NCBI GenBank assembly: GCA_043228905.1
Contig: JBHGNT010000005.1
Span: 2,046,001-2,110,000, forward strand
Source of the DNA: Azolla caroliniana
Taxonomy: Eukaryota > Plantae > Polypodiophyta
Length of the DNA: 64,000 nucleotides
Reading direction: 5' to 3'
Position 1 is the stretch's first letter. Each line of letters starts with the position of its first letter. Below, piece by piece: positions 1-13,260 of this stretch. The translations under genes and the position numbers were made by a program. Under the pieces are notes generated by a model. The model saw nothing but the letters and a program-made list of their open reading frames with translations, had not been told where the DNA came from and did no database searches.

Positions 1-600
1 CAGCGAAGGTATCACTGGATCCGGGAAAGAGTCGATGACCAGGAGTTCGCGCTGACGAAGATCTACACGGCCGAGAACGGGTCAGACATGCTGACCAAAG
101 TACTGATACCCGACAAGCTGGATGCATGCCGGAAGTGGATCAGACTAGTAAGACATCCCATGCCGGAGTGAAGGGGGAGTTTGTTAGGAAACAGGTCCCT
201 CCGGATGGGAAGTGAAAAGAACAGAGATGATGAGCAAACTCAGCCGAGGCCGAAACCGGATGTGGAGTACCCAGCTATGGAAGACCCGGTGAGAACCGAA
301 TGACGAGTACCCGGCAAGAGCTGGATGGTGAAGACCTAGTGAGAACCAGATGTGGAGTACCTGACAACGGAAGACCCAGTGAGAACCGGATGACGTGTGC
401 CCGGCAAGCGCTGGATGATGCAGACCCCGTGAGGAGTGCTCACCGGATGAATGGACATATTTGTAAATATGTTTCCGAGAGTTCATCGGGCCTATATTTG
501 TAAATAGCCGAAAAGTCATATTAGTATAAATATGACTTAGGGCAAACTTAGTATTGTTGTTGTCATTTTGTTGTTGGCGCAAGATTAGAGCGCAACAGTG

Positions 601-676
<76 letters not shown>

Positions 677-945
677 TAGAGAGAAAGAGACGAAGAGTTC
701 GTATCTCTGTTGTAACCGCCGCCTATGGCGAAGATAGTGGACAAGAGGTCGTTGCCTCTGTGTTCATCTATTGTATATTGTTACATAGTGATAGTTAGCA
801 GTCAGTGGACTGCCGTGGTTTTTCCTGTGTTTGGGTTTTCCACGTAAACATCCTATGTACTCTTCTCTCCATTGTGTTTTTTGTGTTTGATTCTAAGCTT
901 GGTTGTGGCCGAGCGTTGTCCATCGGGAGCGTGTTGTTTGTGACA
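1..945 (+). mobile_element. 3' end of a Ty1/copia LTR retrotransposon (family A), running off the left edge: RNase H C-terminus, PPT and 3' LTR
   Basis: Frame 1 reads QRRYHWIRERVDDQEFALTKIYTAENGSDMLTK...RHPMPE* (stop 169-171), nearly the same as the C-terminus of the 31647-35720 polyprotein. PPT AAGGGGGAG precedes LTR TGTTAGG...GTGACA (182-945). Confidence 0.93.
182..945 (+). repeat. 3' LTR, copia family A
   Basis: TG...CA termini; CCGG-rich internal tandem units, TATAAATATGACTTAGGGCAAAC box, (GA)n tract and GGTTGTGGCCGAG motif shared with the other family A LTRs. Confidence 0.9.
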
Positions 946-1209
946 CATAAGCTTTCTCCACATCTAATTGTAACATAATCAATTCTTGATGAGTGTTTTG
1001 AGCATAATCCATGGCCATTTGAACATTCAACACATTATGCAATATATTCCTACCTACAATAAAACCATATTGGGCGGGATGTATCAACTTTGGCAAATAC
1101 TTTTGTAATCTATTTGCCAAGACCTTTGTAAATATCTTATATACACCCCCCCCCCCCCCCCCCCCCCCTTCCCCACATAAAAGAAATTGATGAAATGACT
1201 GGAGAGATG

Positions 1210-1983
1210 TGTTGGGAGACAGGTCCCTCCGGATGGGAAGGGAAACCGTATGAGGAGGACCCGGCTACGGAGAGCCGGATGGTGCAGGCCCGGTATGAAC
1301 CGGATGAGGAGTACTCGGCTACGGAGAGCCGGATGGTGCAGGCCCGATATGAACCGGATGAGGAGTACCCGGCTACGGAGAGCCGGATGATACAGACCCG
1401 GTGAAGACCGAATGAGGAGTACCCGGCTACGGAGAGCCAGATGATACAGACCCGGTGAAGACCGGATGAGGAATACCCGGCTACGGAGAGCCGGATGGTA
1501 CAGACCCGGTGAGAACCGGATGAAGAGACATATTCGTAAATATGTTTCTAAGAGCCCATCGAGGCTACATTTGTAAATAGCCGAAAAGTCATATTAGTAT
1601 AAATATGACTTAGGGCAAACTTTTAGTAACTGTTGTTGTTGTCATTTTTTCCTTGTTGGTGCAAGAAGAAGAGAGAGCACGTAATAGTGTACAGAGAGAG
1701 AGAGAGAGAGAAAGAGGTTGTTGCCTCTGTTGTAACCGCCGCGTGTGGCGAAGATCTGTGAGCACGAGGTCGTTGCCTCAGTGAACTCACTGTTGTACAT
1801 TCTCACATAGTGACAGTTTGCAGCCTGTGGGTTGCCGTGGTTTTTCCCTCTTTGGGTTTTCCACGTAAACCTCCTGTGTATCTTCCTCTCCTTTGTGTCG
1901 TGTTTTATTTCCCGTTTTCTGTGTATCATTCTACGCTCGGTTGTGGCCGAGCGTCGCGCATAAGGAACGTTGGGTTCCCGTCA
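1210..1983 (+). mobile_element. Solo LTR, copia family A
   Basis: TGTTGGG...CCCGTCA flanked by a perfect TSD AGATG (1205-1209 / 1984-1988); ~57-bp internal tandem units; no internal domain. Confidence 0.93.
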
Positions 1984-3132
1984 AGATGTCACCTTTGGAA
2001 CTAATTTAATTAGACCAACCTTCCAAGCTTGAGGCACACGATCAGAATCCCAAGAATGTTGAAACATCAAAGTTAAGGGCCCCTTTAAAATGTTCGAATA
2101 TCGCTAAGAACTTCATTTGTCAAGTCATCCCAATCAGGGCTCTTACCACTAGGAAGATGCCTTAAAACCGTGCCCACCTCTTCCTCAGTGAAATTCGCAT
2201 CCAATTCATGACTAATACATCCAACCACATCATAAAACTCATGACATGCTCTAATCACCTCATTTGTCATTAACAATTGTGGGCCAATCAACTCTTTAAA
2301 GTAATGAACACATGGCAATTATTGTAGTAGGATCCACTATCAATTCATCCCCTTGCTTCACATGTACCACATTAGATCGAGCATAAGTAGGATGTAATGC
2401 TTGGAAAAACAAATGAGAATTATCTATGAGCCCATCCCTGAGTTGTCGCATCTTAGCATAATGATAACTTTGGCATTGCAACTGAGAAATAATAACGTGC
2501 AATTGACACTGGATATCCAAAAGCTCCTCATCTAATGGTGCATGTATCAATAATGCATTACACCTTGAGAGAACCTATGAGAATTGTCGAAGAAGACCTC
2601 TTCTTCGTTGAGCATTAGGTACTATATACATACAATGAATGATCTTAATGTTTCGTAATGTGATATCCCATGCTTTAAACTCCTTTTAAGATTCACTTCT
2701 TGTGAACAATTTACCAAAATTTGCTCCATGAGAGAATCAAAGTGAGGTTGAAGCAAAAGAGAAGAGCAAAACGTAATGGAGGTTTTCCAAGCACAGATTT
2801 ATACATGTCAATTGCATGACTGCAAACCTCCAAACAAATAGGAAAGTGATCTGAAGTTCCTTCATCTTGTAGAATTGGCACACGAAGTAATGTCGGTAAC
2901 AAAGAAACATCGTGCATCAGGTACATTCTATCTAATTGACTCCATGTTTGTCTATGTTGAGTGTATTGGAAGGTAAAACCTGGATCATTCCCATGCAGCC
3001 ATGTCCAAACATCCAACTTTAGAACCTCCATAGCCAATAAATCCCAAGCTAGTTGCTTAGGATCATCCATGATTGAATGTTCAAACGTAGATTAAGATGC
3101 ATCAATACACATGTTAAAATCACCCATAAGTA

Positions 3133-3408
3133 TGACAGGAACTGACAGCTCCCAATGAACAACGCTCGGCCACAACCGAGCTTAGAATCAAAACACAGAA
3201 AAACCGGGAATGAAATGCACGACACAAAGGAGAGAAGAGTACACAGGATGTTTAACGTGGAAAACCCTGAGAGGGAAAAACCACGGGAGTCCACAGACTC
3301 CAAACTATCACTATATCACAATGATTACAACAGTGAGCTCACGGAGGCAACGACCTCGTGCTCACGATCTTCGCCACAGGCGGCGGTTACAACAGAGGCA
3401 ACGACCTC

Positions 3409-3452
<44 letters not shown>

Positions 3453-3890
3453 CACTGTTACGCGCTCTTATCTTGCGCCAACAAGAATGACAACAACTAC
3501 TATTCTCTGTTTGCCCTAAGTCATATTTATACTAATATGACTTTCCGGCTATTTACAAATATAGCCCCGATGGACTCACCGGGCCTTCCTCATTCGGCTC
3601 TTGCTGGGTACTCCTCATCCGGTTCTCACCGGGTCTTCACCATTCGGCTCTTGCCGGGTACTCCTCATCCGGTTCTCACCGGGTCTTCCGTAGCCGGGTA
3701 CTCTTCATCCTGTTCTCACCGGGTACACCACATCCGGTCCTCACCGGGTCCTCCATAGCCGGGTACTTGTCATCCGGTTCTCACCGGGTCTTCCGTAGCC
3801 GAGTACTCCAAATCCGGATTCGGCCTCAGCCGAGATTCTCATCAGCACTGTTCTTCTCACTTCCCATCCGGAGGGACATGTTTCCTAACA
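3133..3890 (-). mobile_element. Solo LTR, copia family A
   Basis: Reverse-complement LTR with TG/CA ends and TSD AAGTA (3128-3132 / 3891-3895), inserted in the L1 endonuclease region. Confidence 0.93.
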
Positions 3891-6140
3891 AAGTAATCCT
3901 AGACGACCCACACATAGGGTTTGAAGGAGTGAACCCCATAAAGCAAAATGTTGAGTGGCTTGGTTAGGGGCTTAAATCCCAACCACCCGCACAACCTCGC
4001 CAAAAAAAGTGATTTCTAGAACCAAAAACCAACCATAAGGATCATTATGCACCACTTGAGGATAATATTTATCTCACATGATTAATACTACACATGAATA
4101 ATGATTATTAAGATGTCCTGCATAAAATGATGAATATCCACGCAAATGAACTGTGGATCCTATTAACTCATGACACTTATGCTCAATTGCACATAATACA
4201 TCCCATTCTTTACTTAACAAAGTTTCCCATAACATATATTTCTTATGAGGAGAACATGCCCCTCTCACATTCCATCTTACCACTTTTATTCAATCAACAA
4301 TGTTGTAGGTGCACTTGCTTGTTCAGAGCAACCGATGTCATATGGATTTTCATGCACCACATCCTTAGGGTTGTCTATCGAAATCTTTTGTTTTGGTCCT
4401 CCCGTTTGACGAAAACCTCGAGAATTCGATGAATTTACAACCCGTCCCAATGAATCAAATTGAAGGTGAAGGGGTAATCCCTTATCCCTAAATTGTCATT
4501 GCCACGGAAGTTTTCCTTCGAGGACCCTCCCTAGTTCCTAAATTACCTTGCCAAGTACTCTCACGAGTAGTGGACAAACTATTACGTTGCATATTCATAG
4601 ATTTCCCCTTCAACTTGCCCTTAACCTGATGCCAATCTTTGTCAACAACAACATCACTACTAGTTCTATCCAACGGTTTTTCCCTTATCTATAACCACGA
4701 AACTTTGTTTTTCCATATCCATAGATTGAATTCCCTTATTCTTAGGGCCCAAACCTTGAAGTGAGACCTCTTTATAACTCTCTCTAGATGATGTTCATTC
4801 ATCCATGACAACCACAATATCTGACACACCAACATGTCTCACAACTCCTTCTTTACCATTCCCTTCATTAGGAACCTCTATAGTTGAAGGACAATGACAA
4901 TGACATTCTGCCATAAAGTGGTCCCATTCACCACATCCAAAGCAATGACCTGCAAATGTCTCCCACTTCAATTTAAAACAAAGTCTTTTCATACCGGGTG
5001 TGTTCATACGCACCCATCTCAGCCTCTTACAACTTGTATCCCATAACACACAAAATCTGCACTTATTTGTAGCATTTGCATGTGGAGATACCAACACTTT
5101 ACCCATTTGACTCATCAACTCTAGTAAAAGTGGCTATAAAAAAACATGGTTACAATCCACTGTTACCCAAACAAGGCATTCTTGTTTCAACAAAGCACGA
5201 CAGTCAACTATGGGGGACCATTTGCATTACATGCACCAATCGTTAAAAAAAAAACACGGGAACTTTAGTCAACAATGCACTTCGATGTTCCGGTGAACGA
5301 AATACTACATTGTAAAACCCTCGTAGTCCTGCATATATATTTTCAACACAATTTGGTGACACGATTGTGTTCAACCATTGTTTAATCCAATTAATGTATG
5401 GGAGTTTCCCGGTAAAAAATAATATAATTGCACGATCATAAAATACATCAAAAGATTTGAACACTGCCTTAACATCAACTTCCACATCATGCACATCCTC
5501 ATCAATGCATTCTTTCGCGTCATTTTCATTTTCTTCCACAATATCCGATTGTAACAAGGTATAGGCAATTCCCCATAAATGATCCCAATTACAATGATCC
5601 TTATCAACCTCATCTACATGTATTACTTCGGCATATGTCAATTTTTTCTCATTAATTTCTTCAATACCCTTAAACCTCTTAGAGCTTCCGATGTCTTCCC
5701 TTTCACGATTACATTCAACCATCACATTACTCTTTTTTTGATCAATTGTTTCCATATCGATGTCCCCCACACTTTGTGAGGAATTTATGTTTATATCCAT
5801 TATTCTTGATGTGATTTCGATCTGGGATAAAAAAATTTCCCATGAACAAGAGAGACAACCGGAACTCACCCGATTGAAGAGGTCGAAGATGATGAAGAGT
5901 CAAGACAATAGAAGACCTGCAATGTGTGTTGAGTATTTGGATGTCGACAACACATGATTCCTTATTTCTATCAGTGTTTCTTGTACAGACCACCAAATTT
6001 TACTTGTTATATCTCGTTACAAAGCTCTAATCGAGAGCTTTCTAATGCTTATCTTTGTGCCCAATTCTGTTGCTGATAGAGAGCATAGCAATAAAAACAA
6101 ATTCACCTCTTCTTCTTCCCCTCTCTCTGTTTTTTTTTTG

Positions 6141-6220
6141 AATAGCTTACCCTAGTGGTAAGTCATTAATACTACTAGCATTACATCTTAGGTTTGAAAC
6201 TCAATTTTCTCACCTCTCTA
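6141..6220 (+). mobile_element. Degenerate tRNA-like/SINE-like unit, same family as the units at 47835-48060
   Basis: CTTACCCTAGTGGTAAG (6146-6162) followed by B-box-like GGTTTGAAACTC (6191-6202); this 17-mer recurs in reverse complement at 47967-47983. Confidence 0.4.
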
Positions 6221-6249
6221 TTACTCCATAGATATCTTCTATTTCACTA

Positions 6250-6330
6250 GATGCCATTGTGGAATGTAGGGGTTGAACCCATGACCACCTGGTCTTCATT
6301 GGGCAACCTTACCAACTAAACTACATCCAT
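6250..6330 (-). mobile_element. tRNA-derived SINE-like head
   Basis: Minus strand reads GGATG-TAGTTTAGTTGG (A box) ...GGGTTCAACCCC (B box)-TACATTCCA, with ~44 nt A-to-B spacing; no intact anticodon arm. Confidence 0.5.
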
Positions 6331-6333
6331 CTT

Positions 6334-6378
<45 letters not shown>

Positions 6379-6970
6379 TGTCCTTTATCAACATTTTTGT
6401 CAAATCTTGCATGATTTGTGATATAGCAAATTGGAGTATTTTCTTCAGAGTGGGTTTCCATGTGAAGTTATCATGCATGAAGATATTACTCGTTCTTAGA
6501 TCATTAACCCAAGACACTAATGTTTGGCAATAGACGTGGCAGTTTCGACACATCTATCATAATGTTATGGTTCTCTCATGGACACCTGCTTCTTTTGCAA
6601 AGAGTGCATCCACGATTGATTCGAACAATCTGAGGTCATGGCTAGCCTTGTCCACGAGTTGTTGTGTGATTGGATTCTCGACCGGAGATAGTTTAGAAGA
6701 GGGGGGGAGAGGATAACTTGATTTCGAGTTGGTCTTCGGCCTCTATGGGTGGGAACACGATACACATGCTTTTCGATCGAGAGCCTCTCTGGGAAAACTC
6801 TTTGTGGGGGGCATGTTTTGATAAAATTACCTTGGCAATGTGTAGAAGGGCATGTTCAGAGTTTTTTTATCCCAAAATCTTATTATTTTGTGTGTGTAGG
6901 AGGATTCAAAAACTTTTTTAGATCATATAGCCGCGCGAGTTCAACACCACTTAATAATCCAACCATTAGA

Positions 6971-6978
6971 AAACCCTA
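6971..6978 (+). promoter_or_regulatory. Telo-box (AAACCCTA) at the presumed 5' end of the XS gene
   Basis: Exact AAACCCTA followed by a (CT/CTGT)n tract and a probable 5'-UTR intron (CAG|GTAAGT at ~7184). Confidence 0.5.
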
Positions 6979-7420
6979 GATCTCTCTGTCTCTGTCTCTG
7001 TCTCTGTCTCTCTGTCTCTCTCTGTCGGCGTTCGCCTCGCAAACAGTAGAAGAAAATCTGAGATATGGGTTTTTCTTGGCTTCATCAAATCTTTCGTGGG
7101 TCGAGCCTTTTTTTGATTCCACTTGTCGATCAACAACATTATGAAGCATCTCTGTTTCGGCGATAAATATCCATAGCCTTCAGGTAAGTTCCATTCTAAA
7201 CCTTCTTTTTTCCAACAGACGGTAACTCTATTCTTTTTCCTCCCTTCAAATTTCGAGTGTATCATAATGGTGGGCATTTGGATATGGAGCTTTCTTACAA
7301 ATGGTTGTTAGGTTAAAGGTATAGAAGCAGAACAGAGCTTCGAGATTTCAGAAGCGTTTTTTTGTCAATCGTTATAGCAATATTTCTATACATATAGATT
7401 ATTGTTGAAAAGGCGCAGAA

Positions 7421-10400
7421 ATGAGTTTAAAGGAGAGTGGGAGTGGAACCCACATCCTCTCCAGAGATAGAAGAACAGAGAGTGATAAGAATGCAAGATA
7501 CTCTGTTCCCAACAAAGGGACAATGAAGGGAGGTGCGAAATCTCCTCGAAGAGAGAGAATTGGTAGAGACGTTATCCATTCCTCTAAGAGAGATCGAATT
7601 CATGAAGAACCTAAAGATGGGCAAAGTGGACGCTCCACACTTCCACATCGAAGAGTTCCTAAATCTCCTATCCAGAGAAGAGCTTCTAGATCTCCGGCGA
7701 GGAGGTCTCGACATAGTCGGACTGATGATGGTGAGAGTCGTAGTGTTCGACCTAGAATTCGTGATGAATTTCGAAGGAGATCATCAGTGGATCCACATAT
7801 TCGAAGAGACTTGTCAAGAGAGAGGAGGGCGAGGTCCCCCGATAGAATAGCGCTACCTCCACCACCTCCTCGGTCTATGAGATCAGGTATTCGATATGGT
7901 GTTTCACAAGGTTTAGCAATGCGAAACACATCTCCTAGAAGGTTATCAATGCGAAACACATCACCAAGGCTGGCTTTGCGGAAAACACCTCCCAGATTAG
8001 CAATGCGCAAGACATCTCCCCCAAGGTTACCAATAAGAAACAAATCCCCTCCAGGATTAGCGTTGCGAAATGCATCTTCGGAGATTCGTCGACGACAAGG
8101 ATCCCCACATGTAAGGCCACCCATTCGGCATGGATCACCTATGCGGCATGGCTCTATACGGCCGCCTGGACGCTATCGATCACCCATGGAAAATGGATCT
8201 CCTTGTAGAACACTAATGCGAAATGAATCTCCTCATCTAATGCAATCATTACCTCCACCACCACCACCACCGCTGCCACATGTTCCTTTGTCTCCACAGA
8301 TATCAATCAAAAGGCCGGCCGAGTTACCCTCAACATTGGATGAATATGTAGGCATGCGTACAAGAGATGCAATCCTTAATGGTGCTATGTCTGAGATCCC
8401 GCCTTCATCAGCATTTGCAAATGTTAATGACATGAAGGATGTTGGGGATGTATTAAAGAATTGTGAGGAAGAATCACTTAGTAGCTATGGTATGCTCGTT
8501 CCTGGATCTATTGTCCTAGAAGATGGTACAGTAAGAACCTTTTATTCCTTACCTCCAGATCCCATGTCTAGTTCTGTAACTCCTTCCATGGATCCTGGTT
8601 TAGGAGAGAATTTGATGCCTCGTCACACTGATGGATTACATCAGTTTGGAATGGATTCTTCAAACCTCAGGCATGTCAATCCAAAGAGAGAGACACCTTT
8701 AGAAAATCAAGGAGGTCAATATTCTTCTTCGCAAGAACATAATTTTATGGATAGAAAGTTATCAAGTCAGAATCAGTATATAACTGGAGAAAGAATTGTC
8801 TCTGGATGGCCAGAAAAAGCATATTTACAGCATTCTTCATATAGGACGGAGAGACCTCCTAGTCCATACGGCAATACAAATGATGGATTATCTCAGAGAA
8901 GAACATCAAGGAGCCCAATACGTGATGGATTACGAGGTTATGGTAGGGATGGTCGTGTTAATCCACTGGAAAGATCTTCTGGTAGGTTCATTGAACAGAG
9001 AGAACTAGCACATGCTCCTGAACTATTTAGGCATGGACAAATCAGTCCTCAGAGGCGGCCTTCTAGCAATGGTGAATTCAGAGTGGATAATACTGCCAGT
9101 AGGAGACCAAGGCAAGATGAACTAAGATTAGCAGAGGAAAACAAACTATCTTTACAAAGAGGATCTTTGCCTTTACATGAACGAATTCTTGATCAAAACT
9201 TTGGACATAGGGACGGCATGATGTATGAGGGACCTTTACGTAGACGTTTAAAAAGTCCACAACAAGATGCTCTAAGGTACTTAGAAGAGTACCCAGTGCG
9301 AATGGCCTTCAAATCTGATGAAAGCATGTTTCTCGGTCATACGAGGAATGATTTTGTCGGTCCAAGGAAAATGAAAATGAGGTCATTGACACCTCCTCAT
9401 CCTAGGAGAGCTATGGATGAAGATATGAGGAAACGAAAGTATGGTGAATTTGCTGAAGGATTCCCTTTTGAGAGAAGTTCATTTGAACCAGAGCTCAAGA
9501 GATGGCGACAGGATGTGGATGTGAGTCATGATGATAATCATGTCGGAAATCGAAGGTTTTCAGGATGGGATGTGAAAGATGATTATTTTGGTAAAAGGAT
9601 TGAGAGGCCCGATAACCGGAATTCATCCTTGGCAAAGTTGTTGGAGGAAAGAGGTGGGTTATCATGGTCACAGAGACCTCATCTGGACGATATGAAGCCT
9701 CGGGATAACTTAACTGGTCGGAGAAAGCACATCATTGTGTCAGAGAGAACAGCTAAATTCGATCGGACTGTATTGGAACAGGAAATTTCTGCTGATCTTC
9801 CTGAAGATTCAACAGAATTTAAGCAACAAGTTGAGAGGATCTTCCTGAAGTATGCCAAAACTTTGAACGAGGATTCTGAGGAAAGAAAGAAGTACGAGAA
9901 AGAAGGTAAGGCAGGGATGTTACCCTGTCTTGCATGTGGCAGGTGAGGAATGACCAGAAATGGGTATCAAAATGTGTTGTTTGAAAAAATATGTTGATAA
10001 TGGCACTGAATCTCTCTCTCTCTCATTCTCATTACAACTCACATCGGCACCATTTGCTTATCTACTAAAGTAACGGGCCCAACCAATCAATTATTATTTT
10101 TGTTTGCAAAATCGTCGAGATTTTGCATCATTCATATTCAACATCAGATGCAATATTTCTTACTATCTTGAATTTTTTGGACTGTTGTTTCACTTTCATA
10201 ATTCCTGCCTTGGTATTACTTACCAGATTAATTTTCTGAGGGAAAAACTTAATTTGTGTGTAGAAACTTCACTGTATGAAATTTCTCATGATGGGAGAAA
10301 ATAGCAACAGAAAGTATCATCTATGACCAATAAAACGAGTCTGTTCACTATTGAGTTCCTATAGTGAAATACCATAGACATAACTGAAAATGCTTGTCAA

Positions 10401-11897
10401 CTTGGTTAGGGATGTGTTTTATATTTCCGATATACATCAATAATGAGTGAGTATTGTTTCTTCAAATTCATTTTGTCTGTAGTATGCCCAAGGAGTCCTA
10501 GTGGCTTCCAAGAAGCATCCTCATCAAATTGGCATTAAGAATTTAATTATGGGTTAAATCAACCTTGTCTATATACAAAATATAGGGCAAGAAGGTAAAC
10601 AAGAAATTTTTTTCCCACTTGCTTTATCTAGTATTTAGAGAGGACAAAAATACAAGTGACTGTAGGGTTTATGAATGTACAATTGTTCAATAATATTCTG
10701 TGCTTAATGTTTTGGTTTCAAAGAAATTGCAATGGTTTCATCTTGAAGCTACAAATTGAACATTCATTTCCACTAATTTGAAAAGAAAAAGCTTTATATA
10801 TTCACTGTTTGTGTTTTTATAGAAAGGCTGTGTGAGTTTGTGAATGGAAGCAAAAGTTAATTCCCGTTTAATTGTATGATTGTGCAGGGGTTCGAAAATG
10901 TTTGAAGAGACACAGAGTCTCATAAGTCATACATTTCAATCCCGCAAGAGGGGACTACGGGCTGAACACTTAGGTTTATGCAAAGCTCTTTGCACTGTCC
11001 TGGGGCGGAACAGTGATATGGATTCAGGAGGCAAGACAATGACTTCCCAAAGCCTTTCAGTCGAAGATGCGAAGGTCAACCGAGAGGATTTGATCTTGTG
11101 GCCTCCGGTTGTTTTAATCCATAGTATCTCCTTAAGGATAGTTGACGGTCAACATGAAGATGTCGTAGAGTCTTCAATCAGTGGCCTGCTCAAAGGTTAG
11201 ACAAGCTATTATTCTTATTCTTATTATTTTCTAACTATTTTGAAATTTATCTCTTTACATTGCCTCTATAAGAAAATAACTAAGGGTGAAGGATAGCATG
11301 CTCTGGTTTACTTTTCTAAAACTCTGTTACAAGATGAGGTTTTTGTGAAAGTCTGTCATGTGCATATGTACATGCATATAAGTATCATCTTTGGCATATG
11401 TTCTGTTTTGAAGCCCTGTAGTTTTAACTTCTAAACTAGTAAAGCTTGCTGGAACTGTTTTAAAAATAGTCATTTTTTCCTCACGAAGTGATGCTTTTTG
11501 CCGTTGGGATAGGGACTTGTAATTTCCTTCAAAACTTCACTGTTTCATTTTTGTCTGTGTAGAGTTGGGTCTTCCTTTGGACAGAATTAAGATGTGTGTC
11601 GGAAGACAAGGCACAATGATGGTGAAATATATGCCAACGTTGTCGTGTTTGCATGAGGCGGAGCATCTTCATCAACATTTCGTTTCATGTTTGCGTGGCC
11701 GGGATGAGTGGGTAAAGTTAGACCTAATGAAAAGTGAGGAAGAGCAAAAAAATGCTGAAGAGAAGAATATGATTTTATATGGATACCTTGGACTGGCACA
11801 TGATCTTGATAAAGTAGATTTGGATTTCCATCGGCGTTGTGTGGTACGAAGTCGCAAACAAATTGATGTGATTGCAAGTGATGTGCCTCCCAATTGA
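7421..11897 (+). CDS. XS-domain-containing protein (SGS3/IDN2-related superfamily; DLILWPPVV type), ~1054 aa; exons 7421-9942, 10888-11195, 11563-11897
   Basis: GT-AG junctions keep the frame (3165 nt). C-terminal FLKYAKTLNE...LPCLACGR|GSK...SLISH...AEHLGLCKALC (zinc-binding region), NREDLILWPPVVLIH and ILYGYLG...DLDKVD are typical of plant XS proteins. Confidence 0.88.
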
Positions 11898-12289
11898 TGG
11901 TATCATCATTATTGCTTCGTAATAGTCATTTATACATTTTTTAGGTCTATTAGAAAGGTGGTATTTTTGTAAACTCCAAGCTTTTCTTATCAGGGTTTAT
12001 TTTGTAACGTCGACCAATATTGTTGATAATGATTTCTTATGTAATGCCCGGATGTTTGGTTTATAGGTAGTATTTTACTCTTCAGAAAAATTGCTCACAA
12101 ATTTGCAATTGTGATGTACATGTATGGGCATTTGAACTGGATATATGCATTGCTGTTAAATAAGTAGAAATTGCCATTCACCTTGTGTGAATTAAATACA
12201 AGTCATGTATTTGCATGAGATAAATATCTTTTAAAATCCAAATTTCTTTTTGTCGAGTGGAGGCCAATTGTGATCATGAGAGGGGAGGG

Positions 12290-13260
12290 AGAGATAGATG
12301 GATAGATTCTATTATTGTCATTGAGGTCCAATATGTGTATGTGTGAGAGAGAATAGAAAGGATGTTTTTATCAACTATGACGAGGTCAATTTTGACCTAT
12401 GGGACGAAATCAACATATCAGCTTGTTTGTGACTCATTCCAAAGGGGGGATATTACTATTGTAAAAGCATAACAATGCATACATATATGTGCTCAATCAA
12501 CCATCTTGGTGAACATTTGCCTATCATATATACATGATCACTCATGTTTAACAAGTCATCATATTTCTCTTGAATTGCACATTGGGCCATGGTGGTGGAT
12601 GATACATGTACATGTGGGATGTGGTTTTGTCAAGTGATTGATATGTTGTGACATAACAAAGATGTGTGAGATTTGAGAATATTTGAACCCATCTTGTGAT
12701 GATACTCAACTGTGTGAGACTAAGAGTGACCAAACATGTAGAGGTTCCTCCTGCATTCTTGGGCACATGACTCTGTAGGTGTTTGAGCCCATGAGCTCGA
12801 TAGGTGTCAATGTGTGTAGCTAGGCTCTAGCCAAGTAAGTTCTTGATATTTTGTTTGAACTAGATTTTTCTCTTGTGATATGGTTAATCTCGCAATGTCA
12901 GTGGTAATCTGCAAGCATCCAAGAAAAGTACTCATGAATTGAGACCCACATATGGTAGATCAAATTTGTTATGACGAACCCTCTGAAATTCATATGCTCC
13001 CTATATAACTCGTAATGAACCATCACCCTCATCTAAGATCATATAGAGCTTGTAAGCCCTTGAAGGAGATCACACTTGGATTTAGGAGATTATCTAACAG
13101 ATGCTACCTTAAACATCAAAATAGAAGGTGAGTAATTGTCCTGAAAGCAATCTTCCCCTAATCTTAAATCAGCTCTATTTTCTGGCATGCACTTCAAACC
13201 TATCCATGTAGGGAATGAAAGGATTGAGGAATTGCTTTTGGACTCTGCTGTTCAAGCATT
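12290..13260 (-). mobile_element. Highly degraded RTE/RTEX-like LINE 3' remnant between the two convergent genes
   Basis: GATAGATGGATAGATTCTATTATTGTCATTGAGGTCCAATATG resembles the 3' end of the 22756-26169 LINE; there is weak decayed similarity to its C-terminal motif near 12600-12730. Limits uncertain. Confidence 0.35.

Larger units (their letters stand above)
946..5990 (-). mobile_element. Degraded L1-clade LINE (ORF1 and 5' part of ORF2), interrupted by three copia family A insertions
   Basis: ORF1 pieces 5243-5869 (DUF4283-like AIILFFTGKLP...GFYNVVF) and 4795-5118 (zinc knuckle CFGCGEWDHFMAEC). ORF2 pieces: APE start VRWNVRG (4074-4283), SQLDRMY/SDHFPI (2711-3070), KSPDWDDLTNE (2085-2318) and RT ANRLQKYLPKLIHPAQYGFI...LDVEKAY, cut at 946. 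Many stops and frameshifts; 5' limit approximate. Confidence 0.88.

Noticed and set aside
184-744. ORFs containing (SL)n or (RE)n runs (also 3155-3758, 28482-28810, 39065-39433)
   Set aside because: Translations of (GA)n/(CT)n microsatellites in LTRs.
1145-1168. Long poly-C run as a functional G-quadruplex
   Set aside because: It falls in a decayed L1 RT segment (..GGVYKIF) and is best explained as homopolymer expansion; its length may also be a sequencing error.
1250-1520. Regular 57-bp repeats (also 18620-18845 and the 28-bp units at 31040-31130) as a CRISPR array or repeat-protein ORF (EEYPATESRMVQARYEPD)n
   Set aside because: There are no unique spacers and no cas genes; the repeats lie inside TSD-flanked LTRs, and the peptide repeat arises only because 57 is divisible by 3.
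6250-6330. Functional tRNA gene
   Set aside because: A and B boxes are present but there is no pairing anticodon stem and the acceptor stem is imperfect; kept only as a SINE-like head.
6380-6960. Short ORFs between the L1 and the XS gene
   Set aside because: No recognisable domain; possibly an old TE fragment, but not supportable.
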